NCBI RefSeq assembly: GCF_011045215.1
Contig: NZ_CP049201.1
Origin: Escherichia coli
GTDB taxonomy: Bacteria > Pseudomonadota > Gammaproteobacteria > Enterobacterales > Enterobacteriaceae
Strand: one strand, 5' to 3'
DNA length: 64,000 nucleotides
Shown: positions 44,218-57,422 of the stretch, piece after piece
How the letters are laid out: the number at the start of each line of letters is the position of its first letter
How positions within the stretch are numbered: position 1 is the first letter of the stretch
Notes under the pieces: generated by a model
What the model saw: the letters and a program-made list of their open reading frames with translations, nothing else
Database searches by the model: none
Told to the model about the DNA's origin: nothing
Position numbers and translations under genes: made by a program

Positions 44218-44925
44218 TTAGCTCTTTCGCGCCTGGCAAGCGCGTTGCACATACGGGTTATGATTGCCCTGCACCTTCGCGATGCGTTCATCGCGCTCGC
44301 ACTCCCAGTCGGTAACCGGATACATCTTGTTCCATGCGTTGAACAGCTGCGTTTGCTGGCGAGAGAGTGTCAGGTTGTATTGGTCACGCATATAGAAGTA
44401 GGTGCGCGCAATGGCACCGCGTGCACGCGCTGGTGGTTCGGCAGCTTTTTCTTTGAAATCGACCTTCATGGCGCATTGACCGTACTGGCCTTCGCCGCCA
44501 TTCCACTGGCTGTACATAAAGTTGCCGCGATCGCCATTCACCTCGCCGACTGACGGCTGCAGGTTATGCATATCGCTTTCCATCTTGCGATAGACCGGAT
44601 CTTTAGCGCAGTTTTTACGTCCACCGTCCTGCCAGCACTGGCGCTGGTGACCGAATTGCCAGGCGGGAACGACGTGTTCCCACTCTACGCGGCTGGCGCG
44701 GTTTTCATTTTTGCGCACCTGATAGCCGCACGATTGCAGATCTACAACGCCTTTTTTGCCCTGCCAGTTAATTTTACATCCGCAATAAAACGTACCGGGC
44801 GCGTCAGCGTGGACTTTTACCGCCGCGGCTTTCGCCTGAGAAAAACTATTGATACCTTCGGCCAACGCCGGGCCGGAAAATGCTGCGCTCAGTACCACCG
44901 CAGCAATAGACAAATAACGGTACAT
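44218..44925 (-). CDS. endA: Periplasmic endonuclease I
   Basis: 235 aa with signal peptide [22 protein letters not shown] and Endonuclease-1 family sequence. Confidence 0.85.
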
Positions 44926-45019
44926 CACTTACTCCGTGTTAAAACGAGCCAGCAACGTAGCGAAAGTTGTTTTGGTATGCAATCAGCCAGATCAGGAAAG
45001 TTCCTGATAGTTCAGATGG

Positions 45020-45517
45020 TTATTTTGCGACCAGTTGTTCGCCGCAGTGAACACAGCGATAGACGGCTTCGCCACGAACTACGCGATTATGGCGGCGTAC
45101 GGTAAGCTGATGCTCCTGGCACTTGCAGCGGTAGGGGAAGGTGTTGCGACGCACGGATTGCAGTTCAAACTGATGCGTACGACGGGCGGGAACACCCAGC
45201 ACGTTTTCCATCATCCACTTCCACTCTTTGCCATGTGGTGCTACGCGCCCGAAATGTTTCCATACCAGCAAATGTGCCAGTTCGTGCGGCACCACTTCTT
45301 CAATAAAGGCTTCACTGTTTTCCAACAGCAAAACGGGATTGAGGCGGATTTCATAGCTTTCCAGCCAGGCTGTTCCGGCGGAGGTGCCGCGCTGGGTGTA
45401 AGAGAGTTTTGGCTCCGGGTAGTTACGCCCCAATTTCAGGTTAGCCTGGGCGAGTTTTTCCCGCAGGCGACGCATAACGGCCTGTTGGATGGCGATAGGG
45501 AGACGGGATGTTTTCAT
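45020..45517 (-). CDS. sprT: SprT-family zinc metalloprotein
   Basis: 165 aa with HELAH zinc-binding motif and C-terminal Cys cluster. Confidence 0.75.
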   Translation of the reverse strand: MKTSRLPIAIQQAVMRRLREKLAQANLKLGRNYPEPKLSYTQRGTSAGTAWLESYEIRLNPVLLLENSEAFIEEVVPHELAHLLVWKHFGRVAPHGKEWKWMMENVLGVPARRTHQFELQSVRRNTFPYRCKCQEHQLTVRRHNRVVRGEAVYRCVHCGEQLVAK

Positions 45518-45593
45518 AGCGGCAGAGGATAGAGCGAAGAAAAGATGACTGCAAGAGGCGGCTTCCTCCGCGACGGGAGGAAGCCTGAGGAGA

Positions 45594-46988
45594 TTAATCG
45601 TGAGCGCCGATTTCGCGCAGTTTACGACCTTTCATCAGATTACGTTCAATATGTTCCAGCGAAACGTGTTTGGTTTCCGGTACCAGCCACAATGTCAGCA
45701 GGATAAACAGTACGTTCAGAGCCGCGTACACCCAGAAGGTGTTGGCGTTACCCAGCGTGTTGAGCATGGTCAGGAACGTTGCGCCAACGATCATGTTGGC
45801 AATCCAGTTGGTGGCGGTGGAGCAGGTGATGCCAAAATCGCGGCCTTTCAGCGGCTGAATTTCGGAGCACAGTACCCAAATCAGCGGACCGGCACTCATG
45901 GCAAAACCGACAATAAACATCAGCAGCATGGCGATGGCGAAATACTGCGCCGACGGAGAGTGGATACCGATATGCATCATTGTACCGAGTACGCCCATAC
46001 CAGCAGCCATCACCAGGAAGCCCAGCGTTAGCGTTGGTTTACGTCCCCAGCGGTCAACAAGGCCGATTGCGATAAAGGTGGCAAGTACGTTGGTCAGGCC
46101 GACAATCACTGTCCCCCACATTTGCTCGGTGGTGTTGGTATAACCCGCCAGTTCGAAGATTTTCGGCGCGTAATACATGATGACGTTCATCCCGGTGAAT
46201 TGCTGCATTACCTGTAACAGTACGCCAAGGAACACCGCGCGGCGGAAGTTGCTATTCTCTTTAAACAGCGCCCAGCCACTCTGTTTAACCTGCAAACTTT
46301 CACGGATTTCATCCAGTTCGCGTTTCGCTTCCGCGCTGGTGTCACGCAGGCGTAGCAGCACGCGTTCGGCATCAACAAAACGGCGTTTGGCGGCAAACCA
46401 ACGTGGGCTGTCTGGCAGGAAGAAGACACCAATCAGCAGCAAAATTGCCGGGATGATAATCACACCCAGCATCCAGCGCCATGCACCGGTGTAGCTGAAG
46501 GCGGTATCAGAAAGATAAGCACCGAGGATCCCGATAGTGATCATTAACTGATACATCGAGATCATACTGCCGCGAATTTTTTCCGGCGCAATTTCAGAGA
46601 GGTACAGTGGTGCGGTATAAGAGGCCACACCTACCGCCAGCCCCAGCAGAACGCGGGAAAGAATCAGTACTTCAACGTTTGGCGCAGCCGCAGAGAACAG
46701 CGAACCGGCAACAAACAAAATTGCGCCGATCATCAGGCTCTTTTTGCGCCCGAGTTTAAAGGAGAGCCAGCCGCTGCCCACCGCACCGACTGCCGCACCG
46801 AACATCATGGAGCTTACGACCCATTCTTGCGTGTGCGAAGTAATCTGGAATTCATCTGCAATAAACGGCAGTGCGCCAGCAATTACACCGATATCCAGGC
46901 CAAAGAGTAATCCCGCCAGAGCGGCAAGGAAGCAGACGAAAAACGTCATTGCCTTGTTTGACCGCCCCTGTTTTTTAGCGTCAGGCAT
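45594..46988 (-). CDS. galP: Galactose:H+ symporter GalP (MFS sugar porter)
   Basis: 464 aa from [43 protein letters not shown]... Confidence 0.9.
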   Translation of the reverse strand: MPDAKKQGRSNKAMTFFVCFLAALAGLLFGLDIGVIAGALPFIADEFQITSHTQEWVVSSMMFGAAVGAVGSGWLSFKLGRKKSLMIGAILFVAGSLFSAAAPNVEVLILSRVLLGLAVGVASYTAPLYLSEIAPEKIRGSMISMYQLMITIGILGAYLSDTAFSYTGAWRWMLGVIIIPAILLLIGVFFLPDSPRWFAAKRRFVDAERVLLRLRDTSAEAKRELDEIRESLQVKQSGWALFKENSNFRRAVFLGVLLQVMQQFTGMNVIMYYAPKIFELAGYTNTTEQMWGTVIVGLTNVLATFIAIGLVDRWGRKPTLTLGFLVMAAGMGVLGTMMHIGIHSPSAQYFAIAMLLMFIVGFAMSAGPLIWVLCSEIQPLKGRDFGITCSTATNWIANMIVGATFLTMLNTLGNANTFWVYAALNVLFILLTLWLVPETKHVSLEHIERNLMKGRKLREIGAHD

Positions 46989-47377
46989 GATGCCCTCCAA
47001 TATGGTTATTTTTTATTGTGAATTAAGATAGGTGAGTACGACGTAAAAAGATGTGAAGCAAATCACATCAGTGTAATCGCTTACACTAACATTTATCTTA
47101 GTTATGATTTAAGTGCATGAAAATAATTGAGTTATATCATCATAGATTAAACGCTGTTATCTGCAATTAAGACTTTACTGACAAGAAATGTAACAACTGT
47201 GAAAACCGAATAATAATATGAAAATATTACAAATCTTTGTCTGTTGTGGTTGGTGTAATCGGTTTCAGTTGTGATGATAATTTGCGGTGAAACGTGATCA
47301 GGAAGAATGATGTTATTGTGCAGGCGGTTTTTTTGCCGGATGCGGCGTGAACGCCTATCCACCGCGGTGAGGTAAAA

Positions 47378-47410
47378 GAAAAAGGCCAGCGCGAGGCTGG
47401 CCTTTGAAAG
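47378..47410 (-). terminator. Intrinsic terminator downstream of metK, adjacent to a REP unit
   Basis: Hairpin aggccagcgcgaggctggcct followed on the minus strand by a T-run. Confidence 0.5.
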
Positions 47411-47424
47411 CAGGTGAAGAAAGA

Positions 47425-48579
47425 TTACTTCAGACCGGCAGCATCGCGCAGCAGCTGCGCTTTGTCGGTTTTTTCCCACGGGAAATGTTCACGACCAAAG
47501 TGACCGTATGCTGCGGTTTCTTTGTAGATCGGGTGCAGCAGATCCAGCATCTGAATCAGACCGTATGGGCGCAGGTCGAAGAACTCACGTACCAGCAGAG
47601 TCAGTTGTTCAGAAGGCACTTTCTCAGTACCGAAAGTTTCTACCATGATGGAAGTCGGTTCAGCCACGCCGATTGCGTAGGAAACCTGAATTTCACAACG
47701 ATCGGCCAGGCCAGCAGCAACGATGTTTTTCGCGACATAACGTGCTGCGTAGGCTGCGGAACGGTCCACTTTTGATGGATCTTTACCAGAGAATGCACCG
47801 CCACCGTGACGCGCCATGCCGCCGTAGGTATCAACGATAATTTTACGACCAGTCAGACCGCAGTCACCCATCGGGCCACCGATAACAAAACGACCGGTCG
47901 GGTTGATGAAGAATTTGGTGGCAGAAGTCAGCCATTCAGCGGGCAGAATCGGCTTGATGATCTCTTCCATTACCGCTTCTTGCAGCGATTTCTGGTCGAT
48001 CTCTTCAGAGTGCTGAGTGGAAAGCACGACAGCATCGATACCAACGATTTTGCCGTCGTCATACTGGAAAGTCACCTGGCTTTTCGCGTCCGGGCGCAGC
48101 CACGGCAGAGTGCCGTTTTTACGCACTTCAGCCTGACGCTGTACCAGACGGTGTGCATAGGTGATAGGTGCTGGCATCAGCACGTCGGTTTCATTAGTTG
48201 CGTAGCCAAACATCAGACCCTGGTCACCCGCGCCCTGTTCCAGCGGATCGGCACGGTCAACGCCCTGGTTGATGTCAGGAGACTGTTTGCCGATAGCACT
48301 CAGAACCGCACAGGAGTTAGCGTCAAAGCCCATGTCGGAATGCACATAGCCAATTTCGCGAACGGTGTTACGGGTGATCTCTTCGATGTCTACCCAGGCG
48401 CTGGTGGTGATTTCGCCGCCAACTAAAACCATGCCGGTTTTTACGTAGGTTTCGCAAGCAACGCGTGCTTTCGGATCCTGTTCGAGGATCGCGTCTAAAA
48501 CGGCATCAGAGATTTGGTCAGCAATTTTGTCAGGATGCCCTTCAGAGACGGACTCGGACGTAAAAAGGTGTTTTGCCAT
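47425..48579 (-). CDS. metK: S-adenosylmethionine synthetase
   Basis: 384 aa from [45 protein letters not shown]... Confidence 0.9.
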
Positions 48580-48619
48580 ATTTAATATCACCTAAAGAGA
48601 ATTTGGTTAGCTCAAACTG

Positions 48620-48886
48620 TTGTGTGGATTTTCTGTGGTAGCGGATCCTACCACGACTCTGCAGGTTAAAAACACTGGCAGTCTGAGTGTTAATCGGTAT
48701 GGATGGATTAACATCTGGATGGCTATTTTAGGTCAATTCTTCACCCGATTTCCACTTTTTTTTGAATCGTGTCTCATTCTGTTAAAAACGTGGCTGGAAA
48801 TTTTTCCTGACAATGCCGGCATTCTGCGTATTTATCTTTTGCAATTTTCTGCCATTGTGGGGTATAAAACGCGGCGCGCGGCTTAA
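48620..48886 (+). CDS. yqgD: Small protein, possibly YqgD
   Basis: 88-aa ORF in the metK-speA intergenic region in the expected position and orientation; weak. Confidence 0.3.
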
Positions 48887-49098
48887 ATAAAAAGCACACG
48901 ACGTTTCTTTCGTGTTGCCACTTCCAGCCGGGTTGAAATCAGAGTTTTGGCTTGTGGGTTCGTCTTAACAGGCGGCCGTGGAGGTGATACGAAATAATGA
49001 ACCGTTGTCTGCTGCTTAACCTGTCTCACCGTTCTGGTGAAGATTCGTTCCCCGCACTCTGCATCTCTGCTTTGCATACCTGCCGATGTTATACCCAT
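48883..49098 (-). CDS. yqgC: Small protein, possibly YqgC
   Basis: 71-aa ORF matching the size, position and orientation of K-12 yqgC; weak. Confidence 0.3.
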
Positions 49099-49233
49099 CT
49101 CGGCGCTTCTCAGGATTCAAGAGCTGGTTACAGTTACTGAGGACTGAACAAGGGCGCTCTTGTAAAAACAAGAGTTTTCTCGTGGTTTCGCCGAACTGTC
49201 ACACTTACGTTCGGTTATGTGCTTAATAATGTT

Positions 49234-49365
49234 ATGAAAAAGAAACCGGTTGCGCAGTTGGAGCGTCAGCATTCACTGCTGGAAAATCCATGTGCTTATG
49301 GGTTGTTATCGCAGTTCCAGGCTGCGATAGTCGTTAACTGTTTTACACTTAATAAAATAATTTGA
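49234..49365 (+). CDS. yqgB: Small protein YqgB upstream of speA
   Basis: Hand translation gives 43 aa [43 protein letters not shown], ending just upstream of the speA start. Confidence 0.5.
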
Positions 49366-49373
49366 GGTTCGCT

Positions 49374-51350
49374 ATGTCTGACGACATGTCTATGGGTTTG
49401 CCTTCGTCAGCGGGCGAACACGGTGTACTACGCTCCATGCAGGAGGTTGCAATGAGCTCCCAGGAAGCCAGCAAGATGCTGCGTACTTACAATATTGCCT
49501 GGTGGGGCAATAACTACTATGACGTTAACGAGCTGGGCCACATCAGCGTGTGCCCGGACCCGGACGTCCCGGAAGCTCGCGTCGATCTCGCGCAGTTAGT
49601 GAAAACTCGTGAAGCACAGGGTCAGCGTCTGCCTGCACTGTTCTGTTTCCCACAGATCCTGCAGCACCGTTTGCGTTCCATTAACGCCGCGTTCAAACGT
49701 GCGCGGGAATCCTACGGCTATAACGGCGATTACTTCCTTGTTTATCCGATCAAAGTTAACCAGCACCGTCGCGTGATTGAGTCTCTGATTCATTCGGGCG
49801 AACCGCTGGGTCTGGAAGCCGGTTCCAAAGCCGAGTTGATGGCAGTGCTGGCACATGCTGGCATGACCCGTAGCGTCATCGTCTGCAATGGTTATAAAGA
49901 CCGCGAATATATCCGCCTGGCATTAATTGGCGAGAAGATGGGGCACAAGGTCTATCTGGTCATTGAGAAGATGTCAGAAATCGCCATTGTGCTGGATGAA
50001 GCAGAACGTCTGAATGTCGTTCCTCGTCTGGGCGTGCGTGCACGTCTGGCTTCGCAGGGCTCCGGTAAATGGCAGTCCTCCGGCGGGGAAAAATCGAAGT
50101 TCGGCCTGGCGGCGACTCAGGTACTGCAACTGGTTGAAACCCTGCGTGAAGCCGGGCGTCTCGACAGCCTGCAACTACTGCACTTCCACCTCGGTTCGCA
50201 GATGGCGAATATTCGCGATATCGCGACAGGCGTTCGTGAATCCGCGCGTTTCTATGTTGAGCTGCACAAGCTGGGCGTCAATATTCAGTGCTTCGACGTC
50301 GGCGGCGGTCTGGGCGTGGATTATGAAGGTACTCGTTCGCAGTCCGACTGTTCGGTGAACTACGGCCTCAATGAATATGCCAACAACATCATCTGGGCGA
50401 TTGGTGATGCGTGTGAAGAAAACGGTCTGCCGCATCCGACGGTAATCACCGAATCGGGTCGTGCAGTGACTGCGCATCACACCGTGCTGGTGTCTAATAT
50501 CATCGGCGTGGAACGTAACGAATACACGGTGCCGACCGCGCCTGCAGAAGATGCGCCGCGCGCGCTGCAAAGCATGTGGGAAACCTGGCAGGAGATGCAC
50601 GAACCGGGAACTCGCCGTTCTCTGCGTGAATGGTTACACGACAGTCAGATGGATCTGCACGACATTCATATCGGCTACTCTTCCGGCACCTTTAGCCTGC
50701 AAGAACGTGCATGGGCTGAGCAGCTTTATTTGAGCATGTGCCATGAAGTGCAAAAGCAGCTGGATCCGCAAAACCGTGCTCATCGTCCGATTATCGATGA
50801 GCTGCAGGAACGTATGGCGGACAAAATGTACGTCAACTTCTCGCTGTTCCAGTCGATGCCGGATGCGTGGGGGATCGACCAGTTGTTCCCGGTTCTGCCG
50901 CTGGAAGGGCTGGATCAAGTGCCGGAACGCCGCGCTGTGCTGCTGGATATTACCTGTGACTCTGACGGTGCTATCGACCACTATATCGATGGTGATGGTA
51001 TTGCCACGACAATGCCTATGCCGGAGTACGATCCAGAGAATCCGCCGATGCTCGGTTTCTTTATGGTCGGCGCATATCAGGAGATCCTCGGCAACATGCA
51101 CAACCTGTTCGGTGATACCGAAGCGGTTGACGTGTTCGTCTTCCCTGACGGTAGTGTAGAAGTGGAACTGTCTGACGAAGGCGATACCGTGGCGGACATG
51201 CTGCAATATGTACAGCTCGATCCGAAAACGCTGTTAACTCAGTTCCGTGATCAAGTGAAGAAAACCGATCTTGATGCTGAACTGCAACAACAGTTCCTTG
51301 AAGAGTTCGAGGCAGGTTTGTACGGTTATACCTATCTTGAAGATGAATAA
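49374..51350 (+). CDS. speA: Biosynthetic arginine decarboxylase
   Basis: 658 aa from [57 protein letters not shown]... Confidence 0.9.
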
Positions 51351-51495
51351 TTAAGATTATTCTGCTGGCGGGTCGATTTATTTACGTAAATCGGTCCGCT
51401 TTCTTTTTATATATTCTTAAAAATAATTTAGCTGCTTTTCTTATTAAATAATCTCCCTACAATCGCTGCATTAATTAAATGCAGAGGGAACGGTT

Positions 51496-52227
51496 ATGAA
51501 AAAATGGAAAGTACGCAGCGCGTTGGTGGCATTAATCGTGCTGCTGGCCGGTTGTTCCAGTAATGCGCAGTATAATAGCAGTGCATCGGGCAATGTCGGC
51601 ACCGCCTGGGGTGGGGATGTGCACTCAACGGTTCAGGGCGTATCTGCTGAGCGAGCCTGGCGCGATCCGGCGGAGATGATCGTTATTAGTTATTCGACTA
51701 ATGTTCCTTCCGGCTACGACCGCGTTTATAGCATTCGTATTAACGAACTGGAATATGCTATTCGCGATGGTAATTTTAATTCTCTACCTATTACGCGTGT
51801 TTATGATTCATCTAATAATGAACCACGCTATATTGTCCATGCCAGAGTCGGAATGAATTATCAATTATATGTCCGTAATTACAGTCGTAACACCAACTAC
51901 GAGATCGTTGCTACGGTTGATGGCCTGGATGTGCTGAACGGCAAGCAAGGTTCGCTGAATAACAACGGCTATATTGTGAATGCCGGAGATTCTTTAGCGA
52001 TTAAAGGATTCCGCAAAGATAAACATACCGAAGCGGCTTTTCAGTTCGCCAACGTTGCTGATTCCTACGCAGCCAATTCGGCGCAAGGCGATGTGCGTAA
52101 TACCGGGGTAATCGGCTTTGCCGCCTTTGAATTACAAGGCCCGGCGCAAAACGCGCTGCCACCGTGCTCTGGACAAGCTTTTCCAGCAGATAACAATGGC
52201 TATGCGCCGCCACCGTGTCGGAAATAG
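51496..52227 (+). CDS. Lipoprotein of unknown function, inserted between speA and speB
   Basis: 243 aa with lipobox LLAGC after a signal peptide; from my recollection of the K-12 map, speA and speB are adjacent there. Confidence 0.5.
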   Translation: MKKWKVRSALVALIVLLAGCSSNAQYNSSASGNVGTAWGGDVHSTVQGVSAERAWRDPAEMIVISYSTNVPSGYDRVYSIRINELEYAIRDGNFNSLPITRVYDSSNNEPRYIVHARVGMNYQLYVRNYSRNTNYEIVATVDGLDVLNGKQGSLNNNGYIVNAGDSLAIKGFRKDKHTEAAFQFANVADSYAANSAQGDVRNTGVIGFAAFELQGPAQNALPPCSGQAFPADNNGYAPPPCRK

Positions 52228-52362
52228 CAACCTCGCTTGATGCCTCGCCCATTTAAGGCGATAATTAGCACAAACTTGTGTTTCGCAAATCCAACCCTTC
52301 CTCGTCGGGCCTAACGACGCGGAAGGGTTTTTTTATATCGACTTTGTAATAGGAGTCCATCC

Positions 52363-53283
52363 ATGAGCACCTTAGGTCATCAATACGATAACTCACTGGT
52401 TTCCAACGCCTTTGGTTTTTTACGCCTGCCGATGAACTTCCAGCCGTATGACAGCGATGCTGACTGGGTGATTACTGGTGTGCCGTTCGATATGGCCACT
52501 TCTGGTCGTGCGGGGGGACGCCACGGTCCGGCAGCTATCCGTCAGGTTTCGACGAATCTGGCCTGGGAACACAACCGCTTCCCGTGGAATTTCGACATGC
52601 GTGAGCGTCTGAACGTCGTGGACTGTGGTGATCTGGTATATGCTTTCGGCGATGCCCGTGAGATGAGCGAGAAGCTGCAGGCGCACGCCGAGAAGCTGCT
52701 GGCTGCCGGTAAGCGTATGCTCTCCTTCGGTGGTGACCACTTTGTTACGCTGCCGCTGCTGCGTGCTCATGCGAAGCATTTCGGCAAAATGGCGCTGGTA
52801 CACTTTGACGCCCACACCGATACCTACGCGAACGGTTGTGAATTTGACCACGGCACCATGTTCTATACCGCGCCGAAAGAAGGTCTGATCGACCCGAATC
52901 ATTCCGTGCAGATTGGTATTCGTACCGAATTTGATAAAGACAACGGCTTTACCGTGCTGGACGCCTGCCAGGTGAACGATCGCAGCGTGGATGACGTTAT
53001 CGCCCAGGTGAAACAAATTGTGGGTGATATGCCGGTTTACCTGACCTTTGATATTGACTGCCTGGATCCTGCTTTTGCTCCAGGTACCGGTACCCCGGTA
53101 ATTGGCGGCCTGACCTCCGATCGCGCCATTAAACTGGTACGCGGCCTGAAAGATCTCAACATCGTTGGAATGGACGTAGTGGAAGTGGCTCCGGCATACG
53201 ATCAGTCGGAAATCACTGCTCTGGCAGCGGCAACGCTGGCGCTGGAAATGCTGTATATTCAGGCGGCGAAAAAGGGCGAGTAA
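52363..53283 (+). CDS. speB: Agmatinase
   Basis: 306 aa [61 protein letters not shown]... Confidence 0.9.
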   Translation: MSTLGHQYDNSLVSNAFGFLRLPMNFQPYDSDADWVITGVPFDMATSGRAGGRHGPAAIRQVSTNLAWEHNRFPWNFDMRERLNVVDCGDLVYAFGDAREMSEKLQAHAEKLLAAGKRMLSFGGDHFVTLPLLRAHAKHFGKMALVHFDAHTDTYANGCEFDHGTMFYTAPKEGLIDPNHSVQIGIRTEFDKDNGFTVLDACQVNDRSVDDVIAQVKQIVGDMPVYLTFDIDCLDPAFAPGTGTPVIGGLTSDRAIKLVRGLKDLNIVGMDVVEVAPAYDQSEITALAAATLALEMLYIQAAKKGE

Positions 53284-53309
53284 GCACCAGATGCGATGCG
53301 CACGGGTAA

Positions 53310-53605
<296 letters not shown>

Positions 53606-53610
53606 ATGCC

Positions 53611-54369
53611 TTACTTTATCCCATCCGCGCTCATACGATCGCGAATATGCTGGGCGCGTTCGGCGGATGCAGGATGGTCGTCAAACATTGAGCTTTGGCG
53701 ACCTTCTTCCAGTTTTGCCAGTTTTTCAAAGCTGGTGGCAAGACCTGCCGGGCTGATGCCGCGTTGGCGCAGAAGATCGTAAGAATAATCATCGGCTTCT
53801 GCTTCCTGGCGCTGGGAGAATTGCGAATTAACTAATTTCTCGCCCAGATCACCGAGTTGTGATTGAGATAAACTGCCGACAATCCCGCCCGCAGAGGCCG
53901 CAGCTACTCGCACGGCATTTGTACCAAGTGCCACCTGCATTCCTTTTTTCACATGGCCTAACGCCACGTGCCCCATTTCGTGACCGATCACCGCTTCGAC
54001 TTCGTTATCCGTCATCATATCCATCAGCCCGCTATAGACACGGATACAGCCGTTAGCCATTGCAAAGGCGTTCACATCCTTCGCCATATACACTTTGTAA
54101 TTTACCGGCTGACCGTTGATATTGTTGCCTAGCGCATTGGCAATAGTTGTCAGACGTTTAGCGTATTCGCTATTGGCTGGCGCAATCGTCGCCTTGCTGT
54201 CCATCTCCTGACATGCCTGATCGCTCAGGGTTTTCACCTGCGCATCACTCAAACTGTAAGCCTGAAAAGCTTCCGCTCCTGATGAGAGCAGTCCGTTGGA
54301 GTCCATATTCTGGCAACCGGTCAGTACCGTTGCCACGCTCATTGCTACCAATAAGGCGCGAATTTTCAT
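53611..54369 (-). CDS. loiP: Metalloprotease LoiP (YggG), M48 family lipoprotein
   Basis: 252 aa from MKIRALLVAMSVATVLTGCQ... with HEMGH zinc motif; the longer 325-aa ORF is an upstream in-frame extension. Confidence 0.8.
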   Translation of the reverse strand: MKIRALLVAMSVATVLTGCQNMDSNGLLSSGAEAFQAYSLSDAQVKTLSDQACQEMDSKATIAPANSEYAKRLTTIANALGNNINGQPVNYKVYMAKDVNAFAMANGCIRVYSGLMDMMTDNEVEAVIGHEMGHVALGHVKKGMQVALGTNAVRVAAASAGGIVGSLSQSQLGDLGEKLVNSQFSQRQEAEADDYSYDLLRQRGISPAGLATSFEKLAKLEEGRQSSMFDDHPASAERAQHIRDRMSADGIK

Positions 54370-54646
54370 GTTTTTTCTTCCGCACAAGGTCAGGATTATT
54401 CTATAAATGCGCCGTTTGCAGGTGAACCGACGCTCAGTCTCAGTATAAGGAAAAGCGCAGCGGACGGGCGAGTAGATTGCGCAACATGCGAGCATGATCC
54501 AGAGATTTCTGAAGCGGCAAAAGGATGTTCCATGTACATGACGCGCGGCTTGCGGTAAATTGTTGGCAAATTTTCCGGCGTAGCCCAAAACGCGCTGTCG
54601 TCAAGTCGTTAAGGGCGTGCCCTTCATCATCCGATCTGGAGTCAAA

Positions 54647-56638
54647 ATGTCCTCACGTAAAGAGCTTGCCAATGCTATTCGTGCGCTGAGCATGGACGCA
54701 GTACAGAAAGCCAAATCCGGTCACCCGGGTGCCCCTATGGGTATGGCTGACATTGCCGAAGTCCTGTGGCGTGATTTCCTGAAACATAACCCGCAGAATC
54801 CGTCCTGGGCTGACCGTGACCGCTTCGTGCTGTCCAACGGCCACGGCTCCATGCTGATCTACAGCCTGCTGCACCTCACCGGTTACGATCTGCCGATGGA
54901 AGAACTGAAAAACTTCCGTCAGCTGCACTCTAAAACTCCGGGCCACCCGGAAGTGGGTTACACCGCTGGTGTGGAAACCACCACCGGTCCGCTGGGGCAG
55001 GGTATTGCCAACGCAGTAGGTATGGCGATTGCAGAAAAAACGCTGGCGGCGCAGTTTAACCGTCCGGGCCACGACATTGTCGACCACTACACCTACGCCT
55101 TCATGGGCGACGGCTGCATGATGGAAGGCATCTCCCACGAAGTTTGCTCTTTGGCGGGTACGCTGAAGCTGGGTAAACTGATTGCGTTCTACGATGACAA
55201 CGGTATCTCTATTGATGGTCACGTTGAAGGCTGGTTCACCGACGACACCGCAATGCGTTTCGAAGCTTACGGCTGGCACGTTATTCGCGACATCGACGGC
55301 CATGACGCGGCATCTATCAAACGCGCAGTTGAAGAAGCGCGCGCAGTGACTGACAAACCGTCCCTGCTGATGTGCAAAACCATCATCGGTTTCGGTTCCC
55401 CGAACAAAGCCGATACCCACGACTCCCACGGTGCGCCGCTGGGCGACGCTGAAATTGCCCTGACCCGCGAACAGCTGGGCTGGAAATACGCGCCGTTCGA
55501 AATCCCGTCTGAAATCTATGCTCAGTGGGATGCGAAAGAAGCAGGCCAGGCGAAAGAATCTGCATGGAATGAGAAGTTTGCGGCTTACGCGAAAGCTTAT
55601 CCGCAGGAAGCAGCTGAATTTACCCGCCGTATGAAAGGCGAAATGCCGTCTGACTTCGACGCCAAAGCGAAAGAGTTTATCGCTAAACTGCAGGCTAATC
55701 CGGCGAAAATCGCCAGCCGTAAAGCGTCGCAGAATGCTATCGAAGCGTTCGGCCCGCTGTTGCCGGAATTCCTCGGCGGCTCCGCTGACCTGGCACCGTC
55801 TAACCTGACCCTGTGGTCTGGTTCTAAAGCAATCAACGAAGATGCTGCGGGTAACTACATCCACTACGGTGTTCGCGAGTTCGGTATGACCGCGATTGCT
55901 AACGGTATCTCCCTGCACGGTGGCTTCCTGCCGTACACCTCCACCTTCCTGATGTTTGTCGAATACGCACGTAACGCCGTACGTATGGCTGCGCTGATGA
56001 AACAGCGTCAGGTGATGGTTTACACCCACGACTCCATCGGTCTGGGCGAAGACGGCCCGACTCACCAGCCGGTTGAGCAGGTCGCTTCTCTGCGCGTGAC
56101 CCCGAACATGTCTACATGGCGTCCGTGTGACCAGGTTGAATCCGCGGTCGCGTGGAAATACGGTGTTGAGCGTCAGGACGGTCCGACCGCGCTTATCCTC
56201 TCCCGTCAGAACCTGGCGCAGCAGGAACGTACTGAAGAGCAACTGGCAAACATCGCGCGCGGTGGTTATGTGCTGAAAGACTGTGCTGGTCAGCCGGAAC
56301 TGATCTTCATCGCCACCGGTTCTGAAGTTGAACTGGCGGTTGCTGCCTACGAAAAACTGACTGCCGAAGGCGTGAAAGCGCGTGTGGTGTCCATGCCGTC
56401 TACCGACGCATTTGACAAGCAGGATGCGGCTTACCGTGAATCCGTACTGCCGAAAGCGGTTACTGCACGCGTTGCTGTAGAAGCGGGTATTGCTGACTAC
56501 TGGTACAAGTATGTTGGCCTGAACGGTGCTATCGTCGGTATGACCACCTTCGGTGAATCTGCTCCGGCAGAGCAACTCTTTGAAGAGTTCGGCTTCACCG
56601 TTGACAACGTTGTTGCGAAAGCAAAAGAACTGCTGTAA
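54647..56638 (+). CDS. tktA: Transketolase 1
   Basis: 663 aa from [41 protein letters not shown]... Confidence 0.9.
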   Translation: MSSRKELANAIRALSMDAVQKAKSGHPGAPMGMADIAEVLWRDFLKHNPQNPSWADRDRFVLSNGHGSMLIYSLLHLTGYDLPMEELKNFRQLHSKTPGHPEVGYTAGVETTTGPLGQGIANAVGMAIAEKTLAAQFNRPGHDIVDHYTYAFMGDGCMMEGISHEVCSLAGTLKLGKLIAFYDDNGISIDGHVEGWFTDDTAMRFEAYGWHVIRDIDGHDAASIKRAVEEARAVTDKPSLLMCKTIIGFGSPNKADTHDSHGAPLGDAEIALTREQLGWKYAPFEIPSEIYAQWDAKEAGQAKESAWNEKFAAYAKAYPQEAAEFTRRMKGEMPSDFDAKAKEFIAKLQANPAKIASRKASQNAIEAFGPLLPEFLGGSADLAPSNLTLWSGSKAINEDAAGNYIHYGVREFGMTAIANGISLHGGFLPYTSTFLMFVEYARNAVRMAALMKQRQVMVYTHDSIGLGEDGPTHQPVEQVASLRVTPNMSTWRPCDQVESAVAWKYGVERQDGPTALILSRQNLAQQERTEEQLANIARGGYVLKDCAGQPELIFIATGSEVELAVAAYEKLTAEGVKARVVSMPSTDAFDKQDAAYRESVLPKAVTARVAVEAGIADYWYKYVGLNGAIVGMTTFGESAPAEQLFEEFGFTVDNVVAKAKELL

Positions 56639-56653
56639 TTAGCATTTTGGGTA

Positions 56654-56680
56654 AAAAGGTCGCTTCGGCGACCTTTTTTA
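56654..56680 (+). terminator. Intrinsic terminator after tktA
   Basis: aaaaaggtcgcttcggcgacctttttt: GC stem, 4-nt loop, T-run. Confidence 0.65.
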
Positions 56681-56951
56681 TTACCTTGACATGTCCGTTT
56701 TCGGACGAGCAATAGATAAAGCGTGTTGTAGATCACAAATATTTATATGCAATAAATATCAATTATGTAATATGCATCACGATATGCGTGTTGACATTTG
56801 TTGTTATATCTATAACTCAATGTTATATAAGAAATTAATAATTCACTGTTTTCAAAACACCGGTTTCCCTGCTCAATTGCTTTCATTAAACCGCACGAGT
56901 ATTTTATTTTTACCGCCGGACGGTACCCTAAAAATAAAATAAGGATAATTT

Positions 56952-57395
56952 ATGCGGCTTAGTGATTATTTTCCAGAATCATCAATCTCAGTTATACATT
57001 CAGCAAAAGATTGGCAGGAAGCTATCGATTTCTCGATGGTATCATTGCTGGATAAAAACTATATCAGCGAGAATTACATTCAGGCAATTAAAGATTCCAC
57101 CATTAACAATGGCCCTTATTATATTCTCGCACCAGGCGTGGCAATGCCTCATGCGCGACCGGAATGTGGGGCGCTTAAAACCGGGATGTCTTTGACATTA
57201 CTTAAACAAGGCGTTTATTTCCCGGGGGATGACGAACCGATTAAATTACTCATCGGACTTTCTGCTGCCGATGCCGATTCGCACATTGGCGCTATTCAGG
57301 CGTTAAGTGAATTACTGTGCGAAGAAGAAATACTCGAACAACTCTTAATAGCATCATCAGAAAAACAATTAGCGGACATTATCAGCCGCGGATAA
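56952..57395 (+). CDS. cmtB: Mannitol-type PTS enzyme IIA component
   Basis: 147 aa with PTS EIIA type-2 fold sequence, including the conserved His in GVAMPHARPE. Confidence 0.75.
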   Translation: MRLSDYFPESSISVIHSAKDWQEAIDFSMVSLLDKNYISENYIQAIKDSTINNGPYYILAPGVAMPHARPECGALKTGMSLTLLKQGVYFPGDDEPIKLLIGLSAADADSHIGAIQALSELLCEEEILEQLLIASSEKQLADIISRG

Positions 57396-57422
57396 TTACT
57401 CTCTCCTCTACAGGATAATATT

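Noticed and set aside
47806..48426. 206-aa ORF on the plus strand
   Set aside because: Antisense to metK; shadow ORF
54653..56575. 640-aa ORF on the minus strand
   Set aside because: Lies entirely antisense to tktA, which is unambiguous; shadow ORF from GC-rich codon bias
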